Shown here piece after piece: positions 52,276 to 61,149 of a stretch of 64,000 nucleotides of DNA. Source of the stretch: an uncultured delta proteobacterium (GTDB taxonomy: Bacteria > Myxococcota_A > Polyangia > Polyangiales > B10-G4); contig CAVSGI010000016.1 in the NCBI GenBank assembly GCA_963727445.1, positions 19,778-83,777 on the forward strand, read 5' to 3'. A program made the translations under genes and the position numbers. The notes beneath the pieces were generated by a model. That model searched no databases. It had not been told where the DNA came from and worked only from the letters and a program-made list of their open reading frames with translations. Every line of letters begins with the position of its first letter. Within the stretch, counting starts at the first letter, position 1.

Positions 52276-53197
52276 AGCGTGCCTCCCAGCGCATCGGCGC
52301 GAAGTAGCGATCCCCCCGGTCACAGGCGATCGTCACCACGCAGCCCTCGCCGATCTCCTTGGCGACCTCGAGTGCGCCGAAGACGTTCGCCCCGGCGCTG
52401 TGGCCGATGTGAAGGCCCTCTTCCGAAGCGATCCGATCGGCCATGTCCCAGCCGTCCTCCGTCCCCACCGTCCGCACCTCGTCCGGCACCGAACGGTCGT
52501 AGATGTTCGGTACGATCGACGACTCCATGTGCTTGAGCCCTTCGAGTCCGTGAAGCGCCTCGGCCGGCTCGAGGGCGACGCAGCGGATGGGGCGGTCGTG
52601 CTCTTTGAGGCGGCGGGTCGTGCCCATCATGGTCCCGGTCGTTCCGAGGCCGGTCACGAAGTGCGTGATGCGGTCGCCCACCTGCTCGAGGATCTCGCGA
52701 CCCGTGCCGAGGTAGTGGGCCTTCGGGTTCGACGGGTTCGAGTACTGGTCGGAGTAGAAGTACTCGTCGGGTGCGGCCGCGACCAGCGTGCGCACGTGGC
52801 GGATGGCGCCGTCCGAGCCCTCCATGGGATCGCTGAAGATGAGCTCGGTCCCGAAGGCCTCGATGATGTCCTTGCGCGCCTTGGTGACGTTCGAAGGCAT
52901 CACCAGGGCGATGCGCTGGCCCAGGGCCGCGCCGTAGAGGGACAGGGCGACGCCCGTGTTGCCGCTGGTGGCGTCGATGAGGGTCTTGTCCGGCGTGAGG
53001 CGCCCGTCCGCGATGGCGTCCTTCAGCATTTGAAGGGCAGGGCGATCCTTCACCGAGCCGCCCGGGTTCGCGTACTCGAGCTTCAGATAGATCTCGACCC
53101 CCGGCGCCTCCTTCTCGAGGCTCCTGAGGCGCACCAGGGGCGTATTGCCCACCGCATCGACGATGGAGTCGATGCGACGATGGCGGAGCAGGGCCAC
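52265..53197 (-). CDS. PLP-dependent cysteine synthase (CysM-like)
   Basis: GNTPLV, NPGGSVKDR, ATSGNTG, GLGTTGT, LEGLKHM. Confidence 0.9.
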   Translation of the reverse strand: MALLRHRRIDSIVDAVGNTPLVRLRSLEKEAPGVEIYLKLEYANPGGSVKDRPALQMLKDAIADGRLTPDKTLIDATSGNTGVALSLYGAALGQRIALVMPSNVTKARKDIIEAFGTELIFSDPMEGSDGAIRHVRTLVAAAPDEYFYSDQYSNPSNPKAHYLGTGREILEQVGDRITHFVTGLGTTGTMMGTTRRLKEHDRPIRCVALEPAEALHGLEGLKHMESSIVPNIYDRSVPDEVRTVGTEDGWDMADRIASEEGLHIGHSAGANVFGALEVAKEIGEGCVVTIACDRGDRYFAPMRWEARYEW

Positions 53198-53201
53198 GGT
53201 C

Positions 53202-53486
53202 TCAGCGCGCTCCGGAGCCTCCCGCGATCGCCGGAACGATCGCGACCGAGTCGCCGTCCTTCAGCTCCGTGTCGAGGTTGTCGAGGAATCGGATGTCCTC
53301 GTCGTTGGCATAGATGTTCACGAAGCGGCGGACGCCCTTTTCGTCGAGGAGGCGGTCCTTGATGCCAGCGTGATTCGCTTCCAGCGATTCGATCACTTCA
53401 CCCACGGTCTTGCCCTCGACCTGGACCTCGTCGGCGCCTCCGGTCAGGGTGCGAAGGGGGGTGGGAATTCGTACGGTGACGGCCAT
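53202..53486 (-). CDS. MoaD/ThiS/CysO-type ubiquitin-like sulfur carrier
   Basis: VRIPTPLRTLTGG, RRFVNIYANDEDIRFL, IVPAIAGG-SGAR. Confidence 0.93.
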   Translation of the reverse strand: MAVTVRIPTPLRTLTGGADEVQVEGKTVGEVIESLEANHAGIKDRLLDEKGVRRFVNIYANDEDIRFLDNLDTELKDGDSVAIVPAIAGGSGAR

Positions 53487-53500
53487 CGTCTCTGTCCTTT

Positions 53501-54448
53501 CTACTCGGCAGTGGAGTCCTTCGGGAAGTACTCCCCGAGGCTGAAATAGCGTTCGCCCGTGTCGCAGAGCACGGTGACCACGTTGTCGTCTTCGCCGAGC
53601 TGGCGCGCGACCCGGCACGCGGCGACGACGTTCGCGCCCGCGCTGATCCCGACGAGGAGCCCCTCTTCGCGCGCGAGCCTCATCTTCATCTCCCACGCGT
53701 CGCGATCGCTGACGTGCAGGAGCGCGTCGACCACGCTCGCATCGTAGTTTCTCGGCACGAACCCCGCGTTGAGCCCCTGGATCTTGCTGGGCCCCGGCTC
53801 GCCTCCCGCGAGCACCGGGCTGGCCTCGGGCTCCACCGCGTAGACGCGAACGCCGGGCAGCCGCGCCTTGAGCGCGCGACCCACCCCCGACACCGTCCCG
53901 CCGGTGCCCACCGACGCCACGAAGGCGTCGATGCGCGCATCGTCCGCCTCGAAGGCCTCGAGGAGCTCTCGCGCCGTGGTGCGTTCGTGGGCCTCGGGGT
54001 TCGCCGGGTTTTCGAACTGCTGCGGCATGAACGCGCCCCGCTCTTCGGCGATGCGCTCGGCCGCTTCGATGGCTCCGTCCATGACCCGCTCCGGATCGGT
54101 GAGCACGATCTCGGCGCCATACGCTTCGAGGAGCTGGCGCCGCTCGAGGCTCATCGAGCGCGGCATCGTCAGCACGAGGGGATGGCCCAACACCGCGCAG
54201 ACGAGCGCGAGCCCGATCCCGGTGTTGCCGCTCGTGGGCTCGACCACCGTCTGCCCCGGCGCGAGGCGGCCCTCGTCTCGCGCGCGCTCGATCATCGACA
54301 GGCAGATCCGATCCTTGACCGACCCACCCGGATTGAGCTGCTCGCACTTCGCCCAGACGGCCGCGCCCCCTTCGGTCACGTTCCGAAGGCGCACCACCGG
54401 CGTCCTGCCGATGAGGGAGATCACCCGCTCGACGACCGGCGCGCTCAT
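53501..54448 (-). CDS. cysK: Cysteine synthase A
   Basis: NPGGSVKDR, EPTSGNTG, PQQFENPAN, VGTGGT, KIQG, DTGERYFS. Confidence 0.92.
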   Translation of the reverse strand: MSAPVVERVISLIGRTPVVRLRNVTEGGAAVWAKCEQLNPGGSVKDRICLSMIERARDEGRLAPGQTVVEPTSGNTGIGLALVCAVLGHPLVLTMPRSMSLERRQLLEAYGAEIVLTDPERVMDGAIEAAERIAEERGAFMPQQFENPANPEAHERTTARELLEAFEADDARIDAFVASVGTGGTVSGVGRALKARLPGVRVYAVEPEASPVLAGGEPGPSKIQGLNAGFVPRNYDASVVDALLHVSDRDAWEMKMRLAREEGLLVGISAGANVVAACRVARQLGEDDNVVTVLCDTGERYFSLGEYFPKDSTAE

Positions 54449-54466
54449 GCGCGCTCCCGGCCCTGA

Positions 54467-54926
54467 TCAGAATCGAGTACACATAGCGACGCGGCGGCGT
54501 TCGGCGAAGGCCGGCCTCCTCTCCACGCTCACAGAGGTCTTCGATGGTGACGGAGTCGAGGCACTCCTCGATGCGCTCCGAGAGCTCGACGAAGAGAGCT
54601 TCGGTGACCTGTCGACTCTGGGGGTCGCCTTTCGCCTTCTTGTTGCTCTTCGGAGTCTGGAGCATCACCGGTCCCTCGACCGCGCGCACGATATCGCCGA
54701 TCCGAATCGCGTCGGCGTCCTGCGCGAGCTGGTAGCCACCTTTGGGGCCACGCTTCGAAGAGACCAACCCCGCCCGCTTGAGGTCCTGGAAGATCTGCTC
54801 CAGGAAGCGGGGAGGGATCCCCTGCCGCTCGGAGATCTCCTTGATCTGAGTCGCGTTGCCCCGGTTGTGGAACGCGATGTCGAAGATGGCCCGGACGCCA
54901 TAGCGGCCTTTGTTCGAGAGCTTCAT
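54467..54926 (-). CDS. Rrf2-family transcriptional regulator (CymR-like)
   Basis: MKLSNKGRYG, FLEQIF..LK.AGLV.SKRGPKGGY; a TGA at 54467-54469 sits one base out of frame after YVYSI. Confidence 0.9.
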
Positions 54927-55029
54927 GTCGCTCCGCTCGGACGGATATATGGTTTGTCCAAGCGGAAACGTCAACAATCGAAGAGATAGCCCGGGCCAGG
55001 AGGCGACAATAATCCGGAAGTTATCGGAA

Positions 55030-55704
55030 TTACATCACATACTTGATCGCGAGGAAACCGCCGACGAGCAGGATGGTGAACACCAGCGTCAGAACCTCGA
55101 AGCGTTTCTCGATGAATTCCTTGATGGGTGGTCCGAACTTCCAGATCAGCCCTCCCACGAGGAAGAAACGGCCCCCGCGACCCACGGCGCTCGCCAGGAG
55201 CAGGGTCGGAAGAGCGATTTGGAAGACGCCCGCCGCCACCGTGAAGATCTTGAATGGAATCGGGGTGAAGGCGGCCGTGAACAGAGCGAGCCAGGCGTTG
55301 TCCTGGTAGAGCCCCTCCACCACGCCGAACTTGTCGCAGGCGAAGCCGGGAATGTGCTCGAAGAGCCACGCGCCGCCGGCGTAGTCGGGGCACTCGGCGG
55401 CGACGCCAAAGGAGGCCCAGAGGCTGGAGCCGATGTACCAGCCCAAAATGGCACCCGATACCGACCCGAGGGTAGAGACCAGGCTGAAGATCCAGGCGCG
55501 CTTGGGCTTGGAGAGCGCCAGGGCCATGAGCAGCACGTCGGGGGGGATGGGGAAGAAGCTCGCCTCCATGAAGGCGAGGATGAAGAGGGCGGGGGTGCCG
55601 TAGGGGGTTTCCGCCCAGCTCAGGGTCCAATCGTAGAGACGCCGGAGCCAGACCATCGGCAGCCTGTAGAACGGCACCGGGGCGGTGTCGGCTCGCTCGT
55701 TCAT
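55030..55704 (-). CDS. DedA/YqaA-family membrane protein
   Basis: RRLYDW, EASFFPIPPD, FTPIPFK, GRGGRFF. Confidence 0.92.
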   Translation of the reverse strand: MNERADTAPVPFYRLPMVWLRRLYDWTLSWAETPYGTPALFILAFMEASFFPIPPDVLLMALALSKPKRAWIFSLVSTLGSVSGAILGWYIGSSLWASFGVAAECPDYAGGAWLFEHIPGFACDKFGVVEGLYQDNAWLALFTAAFTPIPFKIFTVAAGVFQIALPTLLLASAVGRGGRFFLVGGLIWKFGPPIKEFIEKRFEVLTLVFTILLVGGFLAIKYVM

Positions 55705-55806
55705 CGGCGGGGTCGTACCGCAGGCGGGGCGCTCGCGCCAGGTTCCTTCGCCCAAACCGTTGGCCTGGCCCCCATCGGCCCGGTATCGTGCCGCCGGGGG
55801 CCCTCC

Positions 55807-57618
55807 GTGAAGGTCTGCACAGTCTGCCGCGCTCGTTTTCGGGGAGACCCGCCCCGCTGTCCTCTGGACGGAGGCGAGCTCCGCGAGCTGCCCGACCCGC
55901 TGCTGGGCCGGACCATCGGCGGCCGCTACGTCGTGACCGCGAAGATCGGCGCCGGGGGGATGGGTACGGTCTACAAAGCGCGCCACGAGGCGGTCGGCCG
56001 AGACGTGGCGATCAAGTTCCTCTCGCCCGAGCTGGCCCTCGACGCGACCAACCGCAAGCGCTTCCTCCGAGAAGCCAAGGCAGCCAATCGGATCAACCAC
56101 GAGCACATCATCGACATCACGGATTTCGGCGAGACGGATGACGGTCTCGTCTATCTGGTGATGGAGTTTCTCGTGGGGCGACCGCTCAACGAAGAGATCG
56201 CCAAGGGCCCGATGCCGCCGGTGCGCGCGCTGGCCATCTCCCTGCAGATGGCGCAGGCGCTGGCCCGGGCTCACGAGCTCGACGTCGTCCATCGAGACAT
56301 CAAGCCTGACAACGTCTACCTGCTGAGCAGTCACGACGGCGACTTCATCAAGATCCTCGACTTCGGCCTCGCGCAGATGAAGGGCGAGCTTCGCCTCACG
56401 GCGACGGGCACGGTCTTCGGCACGCCCGAGTACATGGCGCCGGAGCAGGCCCGCGGCGCCCCCGCCACTTTCGCGGTCGACCTCTACGCCGTGGGCTGCG
56501 TGCTCTACGAGATGCTGACGGGCGTGCTGCCTTTCGTGGGGACCACGCCCGACCTGATCATCAAGCACATGCGCGAGCTCCCGGAGGCCCCGAGCACCAA
56601 GCGCAACGGCATCTCGAACGACATCGACACGCTGGTCCTCAGGCTGCTCGAGAAGAAGCCGGAGGACCGGTACCTCGACGCCTACGCCCTCGCCGACGAG
56701 CTCAAGCGCATCCTCACCGACATGAGTGGGGCGAACCTTCGGCCCGTCGAAAAGTCCGTGGGGCAGAAGGCCATCCTGCCGGGCCAGGTCGTGATCGCCC
56801 CGACCAATCCGCCGCCGGCGATGCCGACGCACGACACCTACGTCAGCGAATCGATCCTTTCCGCAGAGGACGACGAGGACGAGCCCCCGACTCAGACCAT
56901 GGTCACCGAGGAGGCGTGGCTCGACCGCACCGACCTCTTCCAGCGGATGGCGCACGAGGCGCACCCGGACGGCGACGCCCCGGATTGGCTGTTGCCGGCC
57001 ATCGAAGCGATGAAGAGCCGCATCACCGAGATGAAGTCCCTGCGCAAGCGGCTCGACAGCCTCGCTGGCGCCGCCCATCAGCAGGAAGACGACATGCGGG
57101 GCGCACGCCTTCGCATCGGCCTCGCGCTCGATGAGCTGGGACGTGACGAGAGCCGGGTGCTGCGGCTGATCGCGGAGACCGAGCCGCGCCTCGAAGAAGC
57201 GCGCACGCGTTTGGCCGAGCTGGAGAAGCCGTTGCTTCGGGCGTGGGGCATGATCGAGCCCATCCCGCTCGAGAATCCGGCTGTGACGCGCGAGGTGGTC
57301 GAGTCGCTGCGCGAAGCGGGGCAGCTCGCGAGCATCTGGATCGAGGCCGAGCGCGTGGTCGCCACCCACGAGCGCGAGATGTCGGAGCGCAAGCGCGAGT
57401 GCGACGACCTGCAGTTTCAGATCGCGCAGCTCAAGGGGCGGCTGGGCACGGTGAACGCCGAGAGCGACATCGACCTCGGCTCGCTGCGAGACCAGACGAG
57501 CAAGCTCGACTCCGAGATCCGCCGTCACGTGGACTCGCTGGTGACCGAAGCCGAGCCCATCTACCGCTACCTCAGCGGCTTCCCCTTCATTGCGGAGCGC
57601 ATGGGAGGCACGCGATGA
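55807..57618 (+). CDS. Cytoplasmic Ser/Thr kinase with N-terminal Zn-ribbon-like motif and C-terminal coiled coil
   Basis: CTVC..CPLDG, GAGGMG, HRDIKPDN, DFG, GTPEYMAPEQ; no TM segment evident. Confidence 0.94.
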   Translation: MKVCTVCRARFRGDPPRCPLDGGELRELPDPLLGRTIGGRYVVTAKIGAGGMGTVYKARHEAVGRDVAIKFLSPELALDATNRKRFLREAKAANRINHEHIIDITDFGETDDGLVYLVMEFLVGRPLNEEIAKGPMPPVRALAISLQMAQALARAHELDVVHRDIKPDNVYLLSSHDGDFIKILDFGLAQMKGELRLTATGTVFGTPEYMAPEQARGAPATFAVDLYAVGCVLYEMLTGVLPFVGTTPDLIIKHMRELPEAPSTKRNGISNDIDTLVLRLLEKKPEDRYLDAYALADELKRILTDMSGANLRPVEKSVGQKAILPGQVVIAPTNPPPAMPTHDTYVSESILSAEDDEDEPPTQTMVTEEAWLDRTDLFQRMAHEAHPDGDAPDWLLPAIEAMKSRITEMKSLRKRLDSLAGAAHQQEDDMRGARLRIGLALDELGRDESRVLRLIAETEPRLEEARTRLAELEKPLLRAWGMIEPIPLENPAVTREVVESLREAGQLASIWIEAERVVATHEREMSERKRECDDLQFQIAQLKGRLGTVNAESDIDLGSLRDQTSKLDSEIRRHVDSLVTEAEPIYRYLSGFPFIAERMGGTR

Positions 57619-58181
57619 GACGCGGGCTCGCCGTGCCTCTGGTGGCGGCGGCTCTGCTTTCGGTCGTCCCCGCCTGCGATGGCGGCGTCTCGGCGGACGA
57701 GCCCAGCGAGCAGCCCCGACCCGCCGCCGAGTTTCGCTCCGAGCACGTGCGCACCATCCTCGGGGCCGCCGAGCAGACCGTGCAGACCCGCGGATTCTCG
57801 GGCGACGGCGACGAGTGGCGCGGCTTCTTGGTGGAGCAGGGCTCGGCCGCGGACGAGGCTCAGCTCCGCGCCGACACCTGCTACGTGATTGTCGCCGCGG
57901 GCTCGGAGGCGCTGCGCGAGCTCGACCTCCGGCTTTACGACAGCGACGGGACGGAGGTCGCGCGCGACACGCAGAACGGGCCGGGTGCGGCGCTTCACTA
58001 CTGCCCTCCGCATGCCGGCACGCATTACACGGCGGCCCTGGCGACGGCGGGCACCGGCCTCTTCGCGGTGCGTCGCTACGCCGGCCCCACCGGCCTCGAC
58101 ATCCGCCTCGACGACCTCTTCCGCGAGCCCCCCGCACCGGCCGAGGGGAGCGCGCCCCTGCCGCCTCGGGAGCGCCCGTGA
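57615..58181 (+). CDS. Lipoprotein with 1 CY..DLDL domain
   Basis: VPA-C lipobox; ADTCYVIVAAG..ELDLRLYDSDGTEVARD..HYCP. Confidence 0.78.
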   Translation: MRRGLAVPLVAAALLSVVPACDGGVSADEPSEQPRPAAEFRSEHVRTILGAAEQTVQTRGFSGDGDEWRGFLVEQGSAADEAQLRADTCYVIVAAGSEALRELDLRLYDSDGTEVARDTQNGPGAALHYCPPHAGTHYTAALATAGTGLFAVRRYAGPTGLDIRLDDLFREPPAPAEGSAPLPPRERP

Positions 58182-59884
58182 CGCGCGCGCCCGCCGCGCG
58201 GGCCGCGGCCGTCCTCCTCGTCGCCCTCCTCTCGGCCGCCTGCGGCGACGACTCCGCACCGACCGACGCCGCCGACGCGCCCTCGCTCTTCGGCCCGCAC
58301 TCCACGACCGGCCCCCTCGACGCCCTGACCCGGCGCTTCGGCCGACTGCGCGAACGGATGCGCGACCGCGGTTACGATGTCGAGGTCGGGGCGACCCGCG
58401 TCTTCGTTCTGGAGACGGAAGGCGTGGCGCTTCCGCTCGATCTCCGCGCGGGGCGCTGCACGACTTTCGTCGGCATCGCGGGCGGTGGCGTGCGGCGCCT
58501 TTCCCTCGCGGTCTTCGATGCCGAGGGCGCCGAGGTGGCCGCGGACGCGACCGAAGGGGAGGGCGGTCTGGTGCATGTCTGCCCGCAACCGTCGAGCCCC
58601 ACCCTCGACACCGTGCCGCACCACCTCGTGGTGCGCTCCCTCGAAGGGGCGGGGGCGGTGATCGTCGGCGCCTTCGAGACCATCCCCGGCAGCGGCGAGG
58701 GATTCGACGGCCTCTTCGAGGGCATCGTGGCGCCGCAGGTCCGCTTCCGTGACGTGGAGGAGCGCCTCTCGGACCGCCGCACGCTGCTTCGAGAGCGCGG
58801 CTTTCTCCCCCTCGGCGAGCCCCACCTCGACCGCGTCGCCGAAGGCGAGGACGTCTCCTTCGCGGTCACGCTCAGCGCTGGGCGCTGCTACGTGGCGATG
58901 GCGCGCGGCGGCGAAGGGCTGACCGACATCGACCTCGTGCTCCTCGACCCCGACGGAGCGGAGGTGGCGCGCGACCTCGACCGGGACGCGGAGCCGGATG
59001 TAGAGCTCTGCCCAGAGGAGGGTGGGCACTATGCGGTCATCGCGCGCGCCTTCGAAGGCGCCGGCGCCCTCGGCGTCCTGGTGCTCGGCGGACCTGCGCC
59101 CGAGGACGTGCCACAGGTGCAGGAAGGCGCCGAGGAGGGCACCCTCGTCGAGGAGCCCGAGAGCGAGCCGCCACCGAATCCGGTAGCGACCCTGTCGACC
59201 TTCACCGCGGCCCTCGAGAGCCGGGGCTATGGGGCGCCGGCATTCGTGGTGCCCGACGGCTGGGTGGCCCGCGGAGAGGTGCGCAGTCACGACCTCGCCC
59301 TCGGCCCAGGTTGCTTCGTCGTGGTGGGCGCCGCCGGTCGCGCCGAAACCGATCTCGACCTCTACCTGAGCGCCGGCGGCCAGACGGTCGACCGCGACAC
59401 GGGTGTGTCGCCCACCGCGCGCGTGCGACTCTGCGCGGCCGCCATGTCCACGACGCGGGTGACGGTGAAGACCTACGGGCGCGGCGGCTCCTACGCGCTC
59501 GCCACCGTTCGCGCCCCCGAGCCCATCCGTGATCTTCGCGCGCTGCGCCTCGAAGAGGCGACGGCGGAGCTGCGGCTCCGCGGCTGGACGGCGGCGCAGC
59601 CGGTCGACCGCCCCCTCGTCCCCGGCGAGCCCATCCGCATGTCGACCTACATCCGCGCGGGCCGTTGCACGGCGCTCGCGGTCGCCGGCGACGAAGGGCT
59701 CACCGACGTCGACGTGTTTCTGCGGGACGCGGACGGACGCTTGCTCGCGTCGTCTTCCGGCCCAGAAGCCTTCGCCACCGTGGCGCGCTGCGCAGAGGAA
59801 GAGGACGAGGACGCCACGGCCGAGGTCGTGGCGTATCGGGGCAGCGGCACGGTGACGATTCAGCGCTTGTCGGGGACGCCGTGA
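58178..59884 (+). CDS. Lipoprotein with 4 CY..DLDL domains
   Basis: SAA-C lipobox; AGRCT, AGRCY, GPGCF, AGRCT units. Confidence 0.8.
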   Translation: MTRAPAARAAAVLLVALLSAACGDDSAPTDAADAPSLFGPHSTTGPLDALTRRFGRLRERMRDRGYDVEVGATRVFVLETEGVALPLDLRAGRCTTFVGIAGGGVRRLSLAVFDAEGAEVAADATEGEGGLVHVCPQPSSPTLDTVPHHLVVRSLEGAGAVIVGAFETIPGSGEGFDGLFEGIVAPQVRFRDVEERLSDRRTLLRERGFLPLGEPHLDRVAEGEDVSFAVTLSAGRCYVAMARGGEGLTDIDLVLLDPDGAEVARDLDRDAEPDVELCPEEGGHYAVIARAFEGAGALGVLVLGGPAPEDVPQVQEGAEEGTLVEEPESEPPPNPVATLSTFTAALESRGYGAPAFVVPDGWVARGEVRSHDLALGPGCFVVVGAAGRAETDLDLYLSAGGQTVDRDTGVSPTARVRLCAAAMSTTRVTVKTYGRGGSYALATVRAPEPIRDLRALRLEEATAELRLRGWTAAQPVDRPLVPGEPIRMSTYIRAGRCTALAVAGDEGLTDVDVFLRDADGRLLASSSGPEAFATVARCAEEEDEDATAEVVAYRGSGTVTIQRLSGTP

Positions 59885-61149
59885 AGCGCGGCCTGCTCTT
59901 CGTCACCATGGCGGTCCTCGTCGCCCTCGGGCCGGCGCGCGCGTGGGCCGACGGCGACGACGACCTGCTCGGCGTTTGCGTCGCGTCGGCCACGGCCGCG
60001 CTGGCGGAGGTGGGCGCCCGCCCCCTGTCGCCTCCGCATCGCGAGTTCCTCCTCGAGGGCCAGAGTCGGACGCTTCCCTTCGCGCTCGACGCAGGCGAGT
60101 GCATCGGCTTTCTGGCGGTCGGCCATCGGCGGGTCCACGACATCGATCTGGTGTTGATGAGCGAGGACGGCGTGGTGCTCGCGCAGGATTCGAACGTCGA
60201 TGCGCGGCCGTGGGTGCGCTTCTGTGGGGCGCCCGGGCTGCGATTGGTGGTGACGGCGCTCATGTACAAAGGGCAGGGCGAGATCGCGCTCATCCCCTTC
60301 GGCAATGCGCCGCCGCAGCTTCCCGACCTCGGACGCACCGTCGGTGGATGCTTCGCGACCTCGGGCGGCACCCGGACGCCGACGGTGCGCATCGGCGCCC
60401 CGCCTCCCGGTCCGCGTCTGGGCGAGGCCATCACCCGCACCACGCGCGAGCTCGAGGAGATGGGCTATCGGCCCACCGGCGACGAACAACGTGGCGAGCT
60501 CCAGGAGGGTTTCCGCGACGCGAAGCGCGTCCTCCTCGAAGGCGGCACCTGCTACGCGGTGGCGGCGGTCGGAGACGAGAACGTCACCGACATCGACCTC
60601 TTCATCCGCACCAGCACCGGCATGGAGGTCGGCCGGGACGACTCCCGACGTGCAGAGGCCGTCGTCCGCATCTGTCCGCCGCGAAGCGGCGAGCTGGTCG
60701 CCGAGATCCGCATGTACGGCGGCGGCGGCGCCTACGCGCTGATCACGGAGCGGCTCGACGAGCCGCAGGTGGTTCTGCCCCTGGGCGTCGAAGGAAACGC
60801 GCGCGGTCGTTACCTCGAGGTGGCTCGTCGCTTCGAATCCCGGGGGCTCGGTCCGCGGCCGCTCTCCTGGGGCATGCTCACGCCGGGACAGGTGCTCTCG
60901 GTTCCGGTCGAGCTCGAGGCCGGTCACTGCTATGCCTTGTCCGCCGTCACCGCGGACGAGGCGGCGGACGGAGATCTGGACCTGATGCTCCTCGACGAAG
61001 AAGGCGCGCTGCTCAGCTGGGATCTCGGTCGCGGCACGGCGCCGATGCTCTTCTACTGCGCCGAGGAGAGCGGGCAGTACCGGGTGCGCGGTCGGCTCTA
61101 CGGAGCGTGGGGGCGCTACCTCACGGTGCTCGGGGAGGAGAGGCCATGA
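59881..61149 (+). CDS. Secreted protein with 3 CY..DLDL domains
   Basis: Signal peptide ending AWA; AGECI, GGTCY, AGHCY units. Confidence 0.8.
   Translation: MKRGLLFVTMAVLVALGPARAWADGDDDLLGVCVASATAALAEVGARPLSPPHREFLLEGQSRTLPFALDAGECIGFLAVGHRRVHDIDLVLMSEDGVVLAQDSNVDARPWVRFCGAPGLRLVVTALMYKGQGEIALIPFGNAPPQLPDLGRTVGGCFATSGGTRTPTVRIGAPPPGPRLGEAITRTTRELEEMGYRPTGDEQRGELQEGFRDAKRVLLEGGTCYAVAAVGDENVTDIDLFIRTSTGMEVGRDDSRRAEAVVRICPPRSGELVAEIRMYGGGGAYALITERLDEPQVVLPLGVEGNARGRYLEVARRFESRGLGPRPLSWGMLTPGQVLSVPVELEAGHCYALSAVTADEAADGDLDLMLLDEEGALLSWDLGRGTAPMLFYCAEESGQYRVRGRLYGAWGRYLTVLGEERP

Noticed and set aside
53202..54977. 591-aa ORF appearing to fuse Rrf2 to the sulfur carrier across cysK
   Set aside because: The middle is an off-frame reading of cysK. 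A TGA lies one base out of frame right after the natural Rrf2 end, and the carrier has its own start.
55705..58305. 1091-aa minus-strand ORF and similar long antisense ORFs (24503-26707, 29543-32095, 50947-52536)
   Set aside because: Shadow ORFs of GC-rich coding strands with no motifs. Only the DedA part (55030-55704) is credible.
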